A stretch of 64,000 nucleotides of DNA, from contig CAWJGT010000003.1 of the NCBI GenBank assembly GCA_963842525.1, forward strand, positions 1,056,001 through 1,120,000. Direction: 5' to 3'. The stretch comes from an uncultured Holophagales bacterium. GTDB lineage: Bacteria; Acidobacteriota; Thermoanaerobaculia; Multivoradales; UBA5704. A model generated the notes under the pieces. The model worked only from the letters and a program-made list of their open reading frames with translations, was not told where the DNA came from and did no database searches. A program made the translations under genes and the position numbers. This document shows, piece after piece, positions 51,340 to 61,060 of the stretch (its first letter is position 1; each line of letters opens with the position of its first letter).

Positions 51340-52533
51340 TCACGGTCCCCCGGGTTCCAACGACCCGGAGGCCGTGGCGAGCGGCGCCACGCCGATGCGC
51401 AGGTCGCCAGGACCATCGGCAGGCACCATCTGCGGGTTTTGGGGCTGTCCTTTCTCTCGGGAGACGGCTGCCGGTACCTCTCGCTTCAGGAGGTCGAAGA
51501 CCTCTTTGATCGTCGTCGGCTCGCCCTCTTTTTGGAGGGCCCGGATGAGAAAGTGAGTGAAATAACTGTTGTGCAGCGTATCGCTCTCGAAAGAACGCTC
51601 GGTAGCCCGGCTTGAAGTGACGACGTAGGTCCCCTCTCCAGAGAGGAAAAGCCGGGCCGTCTGCGGATCGATTCCGGCGGGCTCGAGGAAGAGGGCTTTC
51701 TCGCCCGGCCGTGGGGCTTGGCCGCTGAAGCAAGTATCGAGAAAGATGACCTTGCGGCGCGCCTTGAGGAAAGAGACTTGCCGTGAGAAACCCTCGTAAT
51801 CGAGAGCATCGAGCCACATGCTGTTGAGAGCGGTGTCATGGGTGACGATATAGCCGACTCCACCGAGACCGCGGCTGTCCTGACGAGGAGAACCGTGACT
51901 GCTTACATAAACGAAGACCAGATCGTCCTCCTGTGCCTTCAGGAAGATGTCCTGCAGCGCGTTCAGGATGTTGGCCCGCGTCGCTAGCTCGTTGGTTAGA
52001 AGTTTTACGTTCGCCGGATCGAAACGGCCGTAGCGAGGATCCGCGAGCACGATCGCGAGGTCCTGCGCATCCTTGGCGGCGAACTCGAGGGGAGTGATCT
52101 TGGCATCCTTGAACTGGCCGATGCCGACGATGAGCGCGTATTTCGAGCGTACGCGGCTCGGCAGGGGGACCGGTGCTGGCCGGGCGGCCGCTCCGTCTCC
52201 GGACGGGCAAGAGAGATCGGAAACGCTGTTAAAGAGGGCTCGGTCGCGATATATCCGCGCATCCTTGTCTTTGCCGAGCGCCTGCGCGCTGCAATAGGAA
52301 AGTTTCCAGGCCTCGCCGAGCGTCGAGCAGAGATTGCGGGCCGTGGTGAGCTTGCCGAGGAGCAACTCGTGGTCTGGATGGCCCGAGGCGTACAATTCCT
52401 GTACCTCGGTGACGATCGCTCGCGCCTGCGCGCAGGCCGGTGTCTCGGCTCTCGCGGCCGGTGAGATGGCCAGGAGAAGGGAGGAGACCAGAAGGCCTAT
52501 CGCGGGAGCAGCTCCGGTACGATTCCGGATCAC
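51340..52533 (-). CDS. Secreted caspase-family (peptidase C14) protein
   Basis: Signal peptide, KYALIVGI, YVSSHG (His), FLDTCFSG (Cys), SYFTHFL and QNPQ. Confidence 0.9.
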   Translation of the reverse strand: MIRNRTGAAPAIGLLVSSLLLAISPAARAETPACAQARAIVTEVQELYASGHPDHELLLGKLTTARNLCSTLGEAWKLSYCSAQALGKDKDARIYRDRALFNSVSDLSCPSGDGAAARPAPVPLPSRVRSKYALIVGIGQFKDAKITPLEFAAKDAQDLAIVLADPRYGRFDPANVKLLTNELATRANILNALQDIFLKAQEDDLVFVYVSSHGSPRQDSRGLGGVGYIVTHDTALNSMWLDALDYEGFSRQVSFLKARRKVIFLDTCFSGQAPRPGEKALFLEPAGIDPQTARLFLSGEGTYVVTSSRATERSFESDTLHNSYFTHFLIRALQKEGEPTTIKEVFDLLKREVPAAVSREKGQPQNPQMVPADGPGDLRIGVAPLATASGSLEPGGP

Positions 52534-53546
52534 GGCTGGGCTCCCCGCTCTCCGCTACCGCCGAGGAGGTCGGGGAACCGCGGATCGCGCCGGAGCTCTT
52601 CGAAGTCGGGCTCGCGGAGGAGACCGTCAATCACCTCCCGGCGTTCCTGGTTCGCGCGGGCCGGCAGGGTGCTCAGCGTCCTCTCGATGTGTTGAAAGGC
52701 CGCTTCGCGGTCGCCGCTCCGTGCCGCCAGGAGGCCGAGGTTGTAGTGGGCCAGCCAGTTCTCGGGATTGAGAGAGAGCGCCTTGTCGTAACAGGAACGG
52801 GCCTCGGCATCGCGTCTCAGGAGCCCGTACATGGCGCCCAGATTGGCCCAGGCCATGGCGTTCCCCGAATCGACCTCGGTCGCCCGTTGGAATGCTGAGA
52901 GGGCCTCCTCGTACTTGCCTGCCGCAGCGAAGGATCTGCCTTGGGAGACGCTGCGGTAGGACTCGTCGAGGCGGTCCGCGAGCTTTCCTTTAAATTTCTG
53001 AACTGCCTGGGGCGCCACCCGCTGGTCTTGGGTGAACCGGTCGAGCACGGCCTGCTCGTCGTGGGAGACCCTCCCGTCCTCATAGACGTTCCGCACGAGC
53101 AGCTCGAGGCGCTGCTGGATGTCCGGGGTCAGGGCCCGCGGCAGGTGGGCAATTAGGTTCCGCGAGGACGCCAGGACCCGCTGTCGCTGCTCATCCGTGA
53201 GCTGCATCTCAGCCTGGACGGACTGCGCGATCGTCTCGACATCCGAGGCTGTAGCCCCGCGCAAGGCGGCCTGGAAGCGCCCCGTCGCCCGCGAAAGGAG
53301 CTGAGCCTCCCGCTCGGCAGCACGGCGCTGGAGGTAGGAATGTGTGAGGTAGACGAGGCCGCTGGCCAGCACGACGATCACGGCAGCCGCGATGGCGACC
53401 GTTTTCCAGGCGACCTCTCGGACCGGAACCAGGGTGCGGTGGCATTCCTCACAGAACTCGGCGTGCCGGTCGACCTGTTTGCCGCGCATCGGGCAGGCGA
53501 CGTTTTCGCACCGCCGTCCAACCGTTACCAGGAAGAAGTGCAGCAT
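52530..53546 (-). CDS. Zinc-ribbon + single TM + extracytoplasmic TPR protein
   Basis: CENVAC...CEEC, TM VAIAAAVIVVLASGLVYL, TPRs AWANLG and AHYNLG. Confidence 0.8.
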   Translation of the reverse strand: MLHFFLVTVGRRCENVACPMRGKQVDRHAEFCEECHRTLVPVREVAWKTVAIAAAVIVVLASGLVYLTHSYLQRRAAEREAQLLSRATGRFQAALRGATASDVETIAQSVQAEMQLTDEQRQRVLASSRNLIAHLPRALTPDIQQRLELLVRNVYEDGRVSHDEQAVLDRFTQDQRVAPQAVQKFKGKLADRLDESYRSVSQGRSFAAAGKYEEALSAFQRATEVDSGNAMAWANLGAMYGLLRRDAEARSCYDKALSLNPENWLAHYNLGLLAARSGDREAAFQHIERTLSTLPARANQERREVIDGLLREPDFEELRRDPRFPDLLGGSGERGAQP

Positions 53547-53589
53547 GGGAAAGATCCTCTGCGGAGGCGTCGTCCGCGGTTTTCCGGTA

Positions 53590-53618
53590 AGACACGAAGG
53601 AATCAGAGAAGGTTTAGG
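53590..53618 (-). promoter_or_regulatory. Putative ECF-sigma promoter CCTAAAC-N15-CGTGTCT
   Basis: Mirror of the motif at 43987-44015. Confidence 0.65.
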
Positions 53619-53649
53619 TGAGGCCAAGCTCCATGGTGGGTGGCCTTCT

Positions 53650-53760
53650 TCCTTCGTCGCGACCATGATCCAGGCCTCGACGCCGACCGAGCTGCGCGGC
53701 CGGGTGATGGGCCTGCTCGGCACTCTGAGCGGCGGCCTGATGCCAATCGGTATGGCCCGG
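53650..53760 (+). pseudogene. MFS transporter remnant (C-terminal part), ending in a half REP-like repeat
   Basis: TMIQASTPTELRGRVMGLLGTLSGGLMPIGM. Confidence 0.75.
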
Positions 53761-53820
53761 GGACAGGGGGTGAGGTCCTTTCTCGCAACCCCCCGGCCCT
53801 CCTTCGCGTACAATTCCGGT

Positions 53821-54048
53821 ATGAATGCTGCTCGTCGCACCCTCGGCTGCTGGATCTTCTCGGCATTCCTCGAGCGGGGCTGCGATCCCACCACGGCGCG
53901 CATCCCGCGGCCGGTGCGCAGGGTCCGGTGGCTCACGCAGAGCGAGCTCGCGGAGCTCAACCCCTTCGCCGGCCGGCTCGTGCCGCAGACCAACTTGCGG
54001 CGGATGCCCGGACCCCGGAGGCGGTCCCGCTGGGCTGCCATCCTGTGA
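53821..54048 (+). CDS. Small hypothetical protein
   Basis: TACAAT box 6 nt before the ATG (leaderless-type). Confidence 0.35.
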   Translation: MNAARRTLGCWIFSAFLERGCDPTTARIPRPVRRVRWLTQSELAELNPFAGRLVPQTNLRRMPGPRRRSRWAAIL

Positions 54049-54135
54049 CATGGCGGTCCTTGACACCCCTTTGCCCGGGCCATACGCTCTAACCGGCTTC
54101 TCTTCCAACCCTTTGCAGGAGCGCGAGGTCGGACC

Positions 54136-54918
54136 ATGGGTCTCAAAGAAGTCCTGAGCAAGATGAAGATCGTGGAGATGGACGAGTCCCCGCCGTCGCT
54201 GCTCGACGTGCCCGCGCGCCCGTCCTCCGGCGCAGGTCCAATGTCCGGCTCCGGCGGATCGACCGACATCCGGGACCTCCTGGGAACGCTACCGCCGCCC
54301 AAGGAGATCGACGAGGAGGTGCTCGCCCAGGAGGCGGCGAAGGCCGGCCCGGCCGAAGAGGGCGGCGAGGTCGCCGCGATCCCGGACTTTCCCGCGGTCT
54401 ACCAGGCCGCCGGCCTCACCGATCCGCAGCACGGCTACACCGCCTACAAGGTGCTGGAGATCCTCAATTCGTCGGACTTCGCCAACCTCGACTCCAAGGC
54501 CAAGGCCGCGGCGCTCACCGGCTTCCTCAAGATGAACCCCGCGGGGCCCGTGCCGATCGTCGACGTAGTGCAGGACGCGGTGCGCCGCGACCAGGCGCTC
54601 GACAAGTTCGAGGAGCTCCTGCGCAAGAAGCTGCGCGCGCGCACCGAGCAGATCGAAGGGGACAACCGCCGGCTCCAGGCCGAGATCGACGAGCTCGCCC
54701 GCAGCAACCGCGAAAAGATGGATGCCAACCGCAAGGAGATCGCCGGCGAGGAGGAGCGCTTCGCCCGCTGGCAGGTCACCAAGCGGATCGAGGAGCGCAA
54801 GCTGTTCGACGCCGTGTCGCCGTTCGTCGAGGCCAATCCGATCTCGACGGGCGAGGCCAGAACCCCTGCGCCGGAGCCCCCGAAGCCGCAGGACGAGACC
54901 CAGGGGACTCAGGGCTAG
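54136..54918 (+). CDS. Hypothetical coiled-coil protein, first gene of the pspA operon
   Basis: 260 aa, strong codon bias, DAVRRDQALD motif, C-terminal coiled coil. Confidence 0.75.
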   Translation: MGLKEVLSKMKIVEMDESPPSLLDVPARPSSGAGPMSGSGGSTDIRDLLGTLPPPKEIDEEVLAQEAAKAGPAEEGGEVAAIPDFPAVYQAAGLTDPQHGYTAYKVLEILNSSDFANLDSKAKAAALTGFLKMNPAGPVPIVDVVQDAVRRDQALDKFEELLRKKLRARTEQIEGDNRRLQAEIDELARSNREKMDANRKEIAGEEERFARWQVTKRIEERKLFDAVSPFVEANPISTGEARTPAPEPPKPQDETQGTQG

Positions 54919-54936
54919 CCTGCCCAGGAGAGAGCC

Positions 54937-55693
54937 ATGTTCCAGCGGATCATCCGTGTCTTCAAATCGTGGATCGGCTATTTCATCTCCTTCGCCGAGG
55001 ACCCGGAAGTGATGCTCCAGGAGTCCATCGAGGAGATGCGCAACACCCTGCCGAGGCTCAACCAGATCCTGGTCACCACCCGCGCCACCGTGCTGCGGCT
55101 GGAGCAGGAGAAGGACGAGCTGCAGCACAAGGAGAAGCAGCTCATCAACTCGATCAAGGCCGCCCTCTCCGAAGGGAGCCCCGAGTCGCGGCGCATCGCC
55201 GAAGACGACGCCGCGACCCTCCAGCAGGTGCGCCAGGAGCTGACCGCCACCGACGAGCAGCTCATGGCGGGCCGCAACGCCTTCCAGAACGCCCAGCTCA
55301 CGGTCGAGGACATCAAGACCAAGCTGAAGGCCCGGATCGAGCAGAGCCGCAAGGCCATCCAGGAATCGCGCAAGGCGGCCGTCCTCAAGAGCGCCGCCAG
55401 CGCCCTGAGCGAAGCTCGACCAGTACGGTACCGCCGCCACCGCCGACAAGTACCTGGACGAGATCAAGCAGCGCGTCGTCGAGGCCAAGGCCTCCGTCGA
55501 AGTGGCCACCGGCGGCCTCGACGTCGACCGGATCAAGACCGAGCGCAAGGCGCGCCAGCTCCAGGCCCAGGGCATCCTCAACGAGTTCGAGGTGGAGATG
55601 GGGCTCAAGAAGCCCGACGCCGTCAAGGAAGCCGCCCCATTCCCGACCGGCGGCGCCACCGAGGCAGCGGCGCAGAAGGTGCCGGAGCATTGA
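54937..55693 (+). CDS. PspA/IM30 (bacterial ESCRT-III) family protein (frameshift near 55412)
   Basis: MFQRIIRVFKS amphipathic start, AEDPEVMLQESIEEM and long coiled coils. Confidence 0.85.
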
Positions 55694-55695
55694 GC

Positions 55696-55841
55696 CCTCA
55701 CCCCCCTGGCCCCCCTCTCCCATCCTCACTCCCTTCCCCCGGGAGAGGGGGGAAAGAGAGGTCCATATTCGGATCGCTGGATGGAAGCTCCCCTCTCCCG
55801 GGGGCCCGGGCGTGAGGATGGGAGAGGGGCCGGGGGTGAGG
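55696..55841. repeat. Inverted pair of REP-like repeats inside the pspA operon
   Basis: Same family as 1920-1980 and 29879-30006. Confidence 0.85.
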
Positions 55842-55883
55842 GGCCTCCGGGCGGCGCATCCTTTTCGAGAGAGCCACTGAGCC

Positions 55884-57642
55884 ATGACCGTCGCCCCCGT
55901 CTCCCCGGCCGTCTTCCTGGAATCGCTTCCGCCCTGGGGCGCGGAGCTCGTCCGCTCGGTGCGCTCCAAGCGGGCGAACACCTTCGTCATCCACGGCGTG
56001 CCGGCCGACCTGGTGCCGGTGCGCAATTCCGGGGGGCTCCGCTTCCTGTCGCTGGACGACTTCCTGTTCACCCAGCTCTTCACCGGCTGGCAATCGGTCG
56101 TCACCTACAACCGGGCCGAGGGGTTGGGCTTTGCCACAACAGCGGCGCGCTCGCATTTCCAGGAGCGGATGCGGTCTTACGACTCCGTCCATGGCACCAC
56201 CTGGGCCGACGCCCTGCCGCGCGACGCCCCCAACTGCTTCGGGCTGCTCGACTCCTACTTCCGGCACTGCACCGCCCAGTCGCCGGTCCGTCCGGTTGTC
56301 CTTCTCCTGCCCTTCGCGGAGACCATCGTCCCGGCCGGCGACGCGAGTTACCGCTCCGGCGAGGACCGCACCGTCCTGGTCTACCTGCGCAAGTGGTCGC
56401 AGGACCCGGTGCTCCTCGCCAAGAACATCGTCATCGTCCTGGTGACCGAGAGCCTGGCCGAGCTCGACCCCAAGCTCCTGCGCTCGCACGCCACGCAGGA
56501 GATCGAGATCGTCCGTCCCGACCAGCCCGAGCGGCTCGCCTACCTCGAAGCCGTGCGCGCCCCGGAGTGGTACGCCAGGATGTCCGAGCTGCCGCCGCCG
56601 CGCCTCGCCGAGCTGACCGCCGGCATGACGCGCGTCCAGCTCGGCCAGATCCTCGACGGCGCCGACGCCGACGGCAAGCCCCTGACGCGCCACCACGTCC
56701 GCGAGGTCAAGAAAGAGGTCATCGAGACCGAAGGGCTGGGCCTGCTGGAGTACGTCGAGCCGAAGTACGACCTCTCCATGGTGGCAGGCATGCCCGCGGT
56801 CAAGGACCGCCTGCGCCGCGCCGCCCGGGCCATCGCGCGGGGCAACCCGTCGGCGGTGCCCATGGGCTATCTCGTCTGCGGCCCGGTGGGGAGCGCCAAG
56901 ACCTTCCTGGTGGAGTGCTTCGCGCGGGAGATCGGCTTTCCCTGCGTCAAGCTCAAGAACTTCCGCTCCATGTGGGTGGGCTCGACCGAGTCGAACCTCG
57001 AGCGCATCTTGAAGATCCTCGCCTCGCTGACGCCGGTGGGCGTCGTGATCGACGAGGCCGACGCCGCGCTCGGCAACCGCGAGCAGCAAGGGGATTCGGG
57101 CACTCAGAACCGGGTTTTCGCCCAGATCGCCTCCTTCATGGGAGACACCAGGAATCGCGGCAAGATCCTCTGGTTCCTGATCACCGCGCGTCCCGACCTG
57201 CTGCCTATCGACCTCAAGCGCCAGGGCCGTGCCGAAGAGCACATCCCGCTTTTCTATCCGGAGACGGTGGGGGAGTACGACGAGATCTACCAGGTCATGC
57301 TCAAGAAGCTGGGGATCAAGACCACCGGTGGCCAAGCTCTCGGACGTCGCCACAGAAGACCAGTTCCTCGGCATGTCGGGCTCGGACTTGGAGGCCGTCC
57401 TGGTGCGCGCCACACTGGAAGCAGAAGCGGCCGAGTCGGCCGAGCTCCTCCCCGAGCACCTGAAGAAGGCCCTCGCCGACTTCATCCCCCCGGCCAACTC
57501 CCGCGAGCGCGAGATGCAGATCCTCTGCGCCGTCCAGGAGTCCACCAGCCGCGAGCTCCTCCCCGAGCGCTACCGCACCATGGACCGCGCCGCAGTCCAG
57601 GCCAGGATCTGGGAGATCAAGCGCGAGCTGCGGATGTTGTAG
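55884..57642 (+). CDS. Classical-clade AAA ATPase with inactive N-terminal module (frameshift near 57326)
   Basis: GPVGSAKT Walker A variant, SMWVGSTE pore loop, VVIDEAD and [18 protein letters not shown]. Confidence 0.88.
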
Positions 57643-57683
57643 CCGGATAGAATTCCTGCGTATTCTGATTTCCATCTGCCGCC

Positions 57684-58478
57684 ATGACGCCCCGGAAGCC
57701 ACTGATTCCTCCCCCGTCCGTCCGCCTCCCGACCCGGACGATGGCGCCGCACGTGCGGATGGCCGCCGCTCAGGCCAAACTGGCGGCTCCGCCCTCATCG
57801 CACGGCTCGACACCCCATGTGCAGGCCGCTGTTGCCCAGGCGAGGCTGCCGTCCCCGCCGGCGGCCACGGTTCATCCCCCTGCTCCTCAGGGACGAGTCG
57901 CCGCGGTGCCGAGCCCGCTGAAGGCGTCCGTGATCCTGAGGATGCAAGAAGAAACCAAGAGAGTGCAACCGACGCGCGTGACACGGATGGTCGCCTCCCA
58001 GGTGGACACGGCATTCTCAACCCTGGCCTCCGCTTGGAAAAAGCAGATCAAGGCCGGCTCCCACAACTCTTCGGTCGATCTGACGAGCAGCGGCAAACAC
58101 AGTTGCGCTGCGCGCCTGACATACCGGATCGGCTATGCGGCTCCCGACGCCATTGAAGGGACTTTTGATTCGGACGGCTGTCACGCGGAAATGAGTGCTT
58201 TGCAGAACTACGCGAAGCTGGGCAAACCAGGCATTTTCGAGCTCATGCAGATCGAGACGCAGCCCTGCCCTCGATGCGCGGTGGTGCTCAACCGGCTGGG
58301 CCTAGCCGCGGGAGTTTACTATAAGGACTCCGGCGGCTATAAAGATTATCCCACTTGGCGTTTTCCGGAAATCGGGGTGAACTGGGCGGTGGTTATGGGC
58401 GTAGCGGATGTCGCCAGCCACGAACAGGATCAAAAGGAGCTACTCGGCAAATTCGCTAGCTCAAAATGGTGGTCGTGA
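57684..58478 (+). CDS. Putative Zn-dependent nucleic-acid deaminase toxin with Pro/Ala-rich leader
   Basis: CHAEMSAL and QPCPRC motifs; repeated PHV...AQAK/AQAR leader. Confidence 0.7.
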   Translation: MTPRKPLIPPPSVRLPTRTMAPHVRMAAAQAKLAAPPSSHGSTPHVQAAVAQARLPSPPAATVHPPAPQGRVAAVPSPLKASVILRMQEETKRVQPTRVTRMVASQVDTAFSTLASAWKKQIKAGSHNSSVDLTSSGKHSCAARLTYRIGYAAPDAIEGTFDSDGCHAEMSALQNYAKLGKPGIFELMQIETQPCPRCAVVLNRLGLAAGVYYKDSGGYKDYPTWRFPEIGVNWAVVMGVADVASHEQDQKELLGKFASSKWWS

Positions 58479-58832
58479 GCGGCTCAACCAGCTGGAGCGC
58501 TCCGACTGGCCTCAGCTGGAGCGCTGGGCGCGATATGATGATCGCGATTCTCTTGCTGCGATTGACGGGTGTGATTCGCCAGGGCGATCCAACAGTCCAT
58601 TTTCTTTGGCCTTGGCTCTTCGCGGTCGGTATTCATCCGGTCGGCGCCTGCTTCGCTACGGGTGCCAGCCACGCCAGCCACGGAGCGCCAGCCGAAGATG
58701 CTGTGGGTGGGGAGACTCTCCCTGTTTGCCGGCCAGGTGTTTCCGGCACCAAGGGGGAAATTGTGGCAAAGAAGAACGATGCTGCTGTCTTTCCGCTCGG
58801 GCGCTGGTAGGATTTCTGGCGGAGAGATTCGC

Positions 58833-59027
58833 ATGACGAAGCGAGAGCTGTTGATCCGCCAGATCGAAGAGGCTCCCGAGCCTGTTCTCGACGAGATTCA
58901 GGAAGCTATGGATCTACTGAAGAGAGTGCCCCCAGGGGAGGGTCGGCAGACGGCTGTTGCGAGCGAGGCCGTGCTCGCAAGGGACTGGCTCCGGCCCGAG
59001 GAGGACGACGCTTGGCGCGACCTGTGA
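58833..59027 (+). CDS. DUF2281-like antitoxin
   Basis: ASEAVLARDWLRPEEDDAWRDL. Confidence 0.8.
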   Translation: MTKRELLIRQIEEAPEPVLDEIQEAMDLLKRVPPGEGRQTAVASEAVLARDWLRPEEDDAWRDL

Positions 59028-59344
59028 AGGGGGATGTGGTCGTCGTTCCGTTTCCATACTCAGATCTTCGCGAGACCAAGCGACGTCCTGCCTTGGTTGT
59101 CACTCCTCTCCAGGGAGATGACTTGATCCTCTGCCAGATCACCAGCCGCGCTGCTGAAGATCGGTATTCGGTGTCTTTGGAAGAGTCTGACTTCGCCGAA
59201 GGCAGCCTCAGACAGGTGAGCAACATCCGCCCCAACCGGATCTTCACCGCGGACCGGGCCCTTGTCCTCTATCGAATCGGCTCGATCCGCAGAGGCAAAC
59301 TCGATGAGGTCATCGAACGAGTCGTCGAGATCCTCCGGAGCTGA
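59012..59344 (+). CDS. PemK/MazF-family toxin
   Basis: KGDVVVVPFPYSDL..KRRPALVV and ILCQITS. Confidence 0.9.
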   Translation: MARPVKGDVVVVPFPYSDLRETKRRPALVVTPLQGDDLILCQITSRAAEDRYSVSLEESDFAEGSLRQVSNIRPNRIFTADRALVLYRIGSIRRGKLDEVIERVVEILRS

Positions 59345-59420
59345 GCCCAGATGCGCAAATAGCCCGCAGGGCCTGCGGGATCACGGCGATGTGACGGCTC
59401 CGGTCGGATAGAATGCCCGC

Positions 59421-60254
59421 GTGCTCCGCCGCATCCTTCGCCTCGTCCTTTTCATCGCCCTTCTCCTGACGGCCGTCGTCCTCGCCTTCTGGTTCTTCGG
59501 CCCGCAGCCCTCCAACGACCGCGACTGGACGCCGGACCAGGAGCGCCTTCCCTGGGCGGAATTCTCGGGGCGCCGGGTGGGGGTCCACAACGTCCGCTAC
59601 TTCCGCTATCGGTCGGTCGCCGACTACGACGTCGCCTGGGAGGACCGCTCCTACGACCTCGACCGCCTGCGGTCGGCCTGGTTCCTGGTCGAGCCCTTCG
59701 AACGCGATTGGGACGGGCCGGCTCATACCCTGATGAGCTTCGGGTTCGAGGGGGACGAATACCTCGCGATCTCGGCCGAGATCCGCAAGGAAAAAGGCGA
59801 GGAGTTCTCGCCCTTGAAGGGACTGCTCCGCCAGTACGAGATCATGTACGTGGTCGGCGACGAGCGGGACCTGATCCAGCTCCGGACGAATCACCGCCGC
59901 GATCCGGTCTACCTCTATCCGGTGCGGGCGTCGCGCGAGCGGATCGAGCAGATGTTCGTGGGCATGCTCCGCCGGGCCAATCGTCTGCGGGAGGAGCCCG
60001 AGCACTACAACACCCTGACGAACACCTGCACGACGAACATCGTCCGCCACGTCAACGAGCTCGTCCCGGGGCGGGTCCCCTGGAGCTACAAGGTCCTGCT
60101 CCCCGGCTATTCGGACGAGCTGGCCTACGGGCTGGGCCTGATCGACACCGACCTGCCGTTCTCCGCCGCGAAGCGCCGCTTCCGGATCGACGACGACGCC
60201 CTCCGCGCCGCAGGACGCGAGGACTTTTCGCGGCAGATCCGGCGAGGGCTCTAG
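59421..60254 (+). CDS. DUF4105-domain membrane-anchored protein
   Basis: PSNDRDW, AHTLMSFGF, ERDLI.LR and YNTLTNTCTT. Confidence 0.85.
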   Translation: MLRRILRLVLFIALLLTAVVLAFWFFGPQPSNDRDWTPDQERLPWAEFSGRRVGVHNVRYFRYRSVADYDVAWEDRSYDLDRLRSAWFLVEPFERDWDGPAHTLMSFGFEGDEYLAISAEIRKEKGEEFSPLKGLLRQYEIMYVVGDERDLIQLRTNHRRDPVYLYPVRASRERIEQMFVGMLRRANRLREEPEHYNTLTNTCTTNIVRHVNELVPGRVPWSYKVLLPGYSDELAYGLGLIDTDLPFSAAKRRFRIDDDALRAAGREDFSRQIRRGL

Positions 60255-60408
60255 CGCTCCAGGACATTGGCGAGCTCCTGTGCGGCAACGGCCCTTGATC
60301 GCGATGGAAGGACTCCCGCTCTGCATGGAAGGCTTCTTCCTTCCTGGAGTGCTCGATCTGCGCCGCGAGCCCGGCGATCCACCCTGCAACAGACTGGCTG
60401 CGGCTCAT
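60251..60408 (-). pseudogene. Truncated, frameshifted N-terminal fragment of a coiled-coil family protein
   Basis: MSRSQSVAGWIAGLAAQIEH..EEAFHAERESFHRDQ / AVAAQELANVLER*; RBS GGAGG. Confidence 0.45.
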
Positions 60409-60424
60409 CTTTCCTCCCCGAGAG

Positions 60425-61060
60425 TCGTCGCAATGTCACCCATGCATGCACCCGGAGCATCCCACAGTGTCGCAACGTGTGGCGACCGCGCCACTGCGGG
60501 GCTCACTCTGTCGCAAAGAACCTCACGCTGCGACAGTGTCCCTTTAGACGGAAAATCTGCCCACGGCGCTCCGCGAGCCGTACCGTGGCTTTGTCGCACT
60601 GTGAGCCCGCGAGCGCCCAGGTCGTGGAGAGGATGCGACACTCCCCTGAAGCGCCGCGACAATGCTGCCATGCAGCGTGACAGAGCACAGAGGAATTGCA
60701 ACAGTGCCTGCCGAGTTGCGACAAAGTAGGAGCGCTCCGCAGCAGATCTCAACGGCTTCGACACAGTGTTCGGACACCCTGCAGCAGATCCTCGAGAACT
60801 CTGCAACAAAGAGGCGACACGCCGGAACAAAAGCTCGAAGCTTCGTGACGGAGAGTCGACACAATGCAACAAAGCCTCCAGGCTCGCGCTCTGATGAGGA
60901 GACATTGCGCCGATGCACGCTCACACCGTTGCAGAGGAAGGAGCCCCTGCGACAGTGTGAGCGTACACTGCGACAGTGTCAGGTGACACTGCAACAATGC
61001 ATGAAAATCTGCGACGCATTGCCGAGTCAGCGCGACAAGGAGAGCAGCGCTGCGACAAGT
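60425..61060. repeat. Degenerate 7/21-bp-periodic repeat tract rich in GCGACA/TGTCGC/GCAACA
   Basis: For example TGCGACAGTGT at 60948 and 60969 and TGCAACAATGC at 60990. Confidence 0.65.

Noticed and set aside
43981-53624. Transposon terminal inverted repeats around the island
   Set aside because: No transposase or target duplication is visible, and the match resumes after a fixed 15-bp spacer, which fits a promoter better. Not fully excluded.
58466-58834. Immunity gene for the deaminase
   Set aside because: ORFs here lack a clear RBS, codon bias or recognisable motifs.
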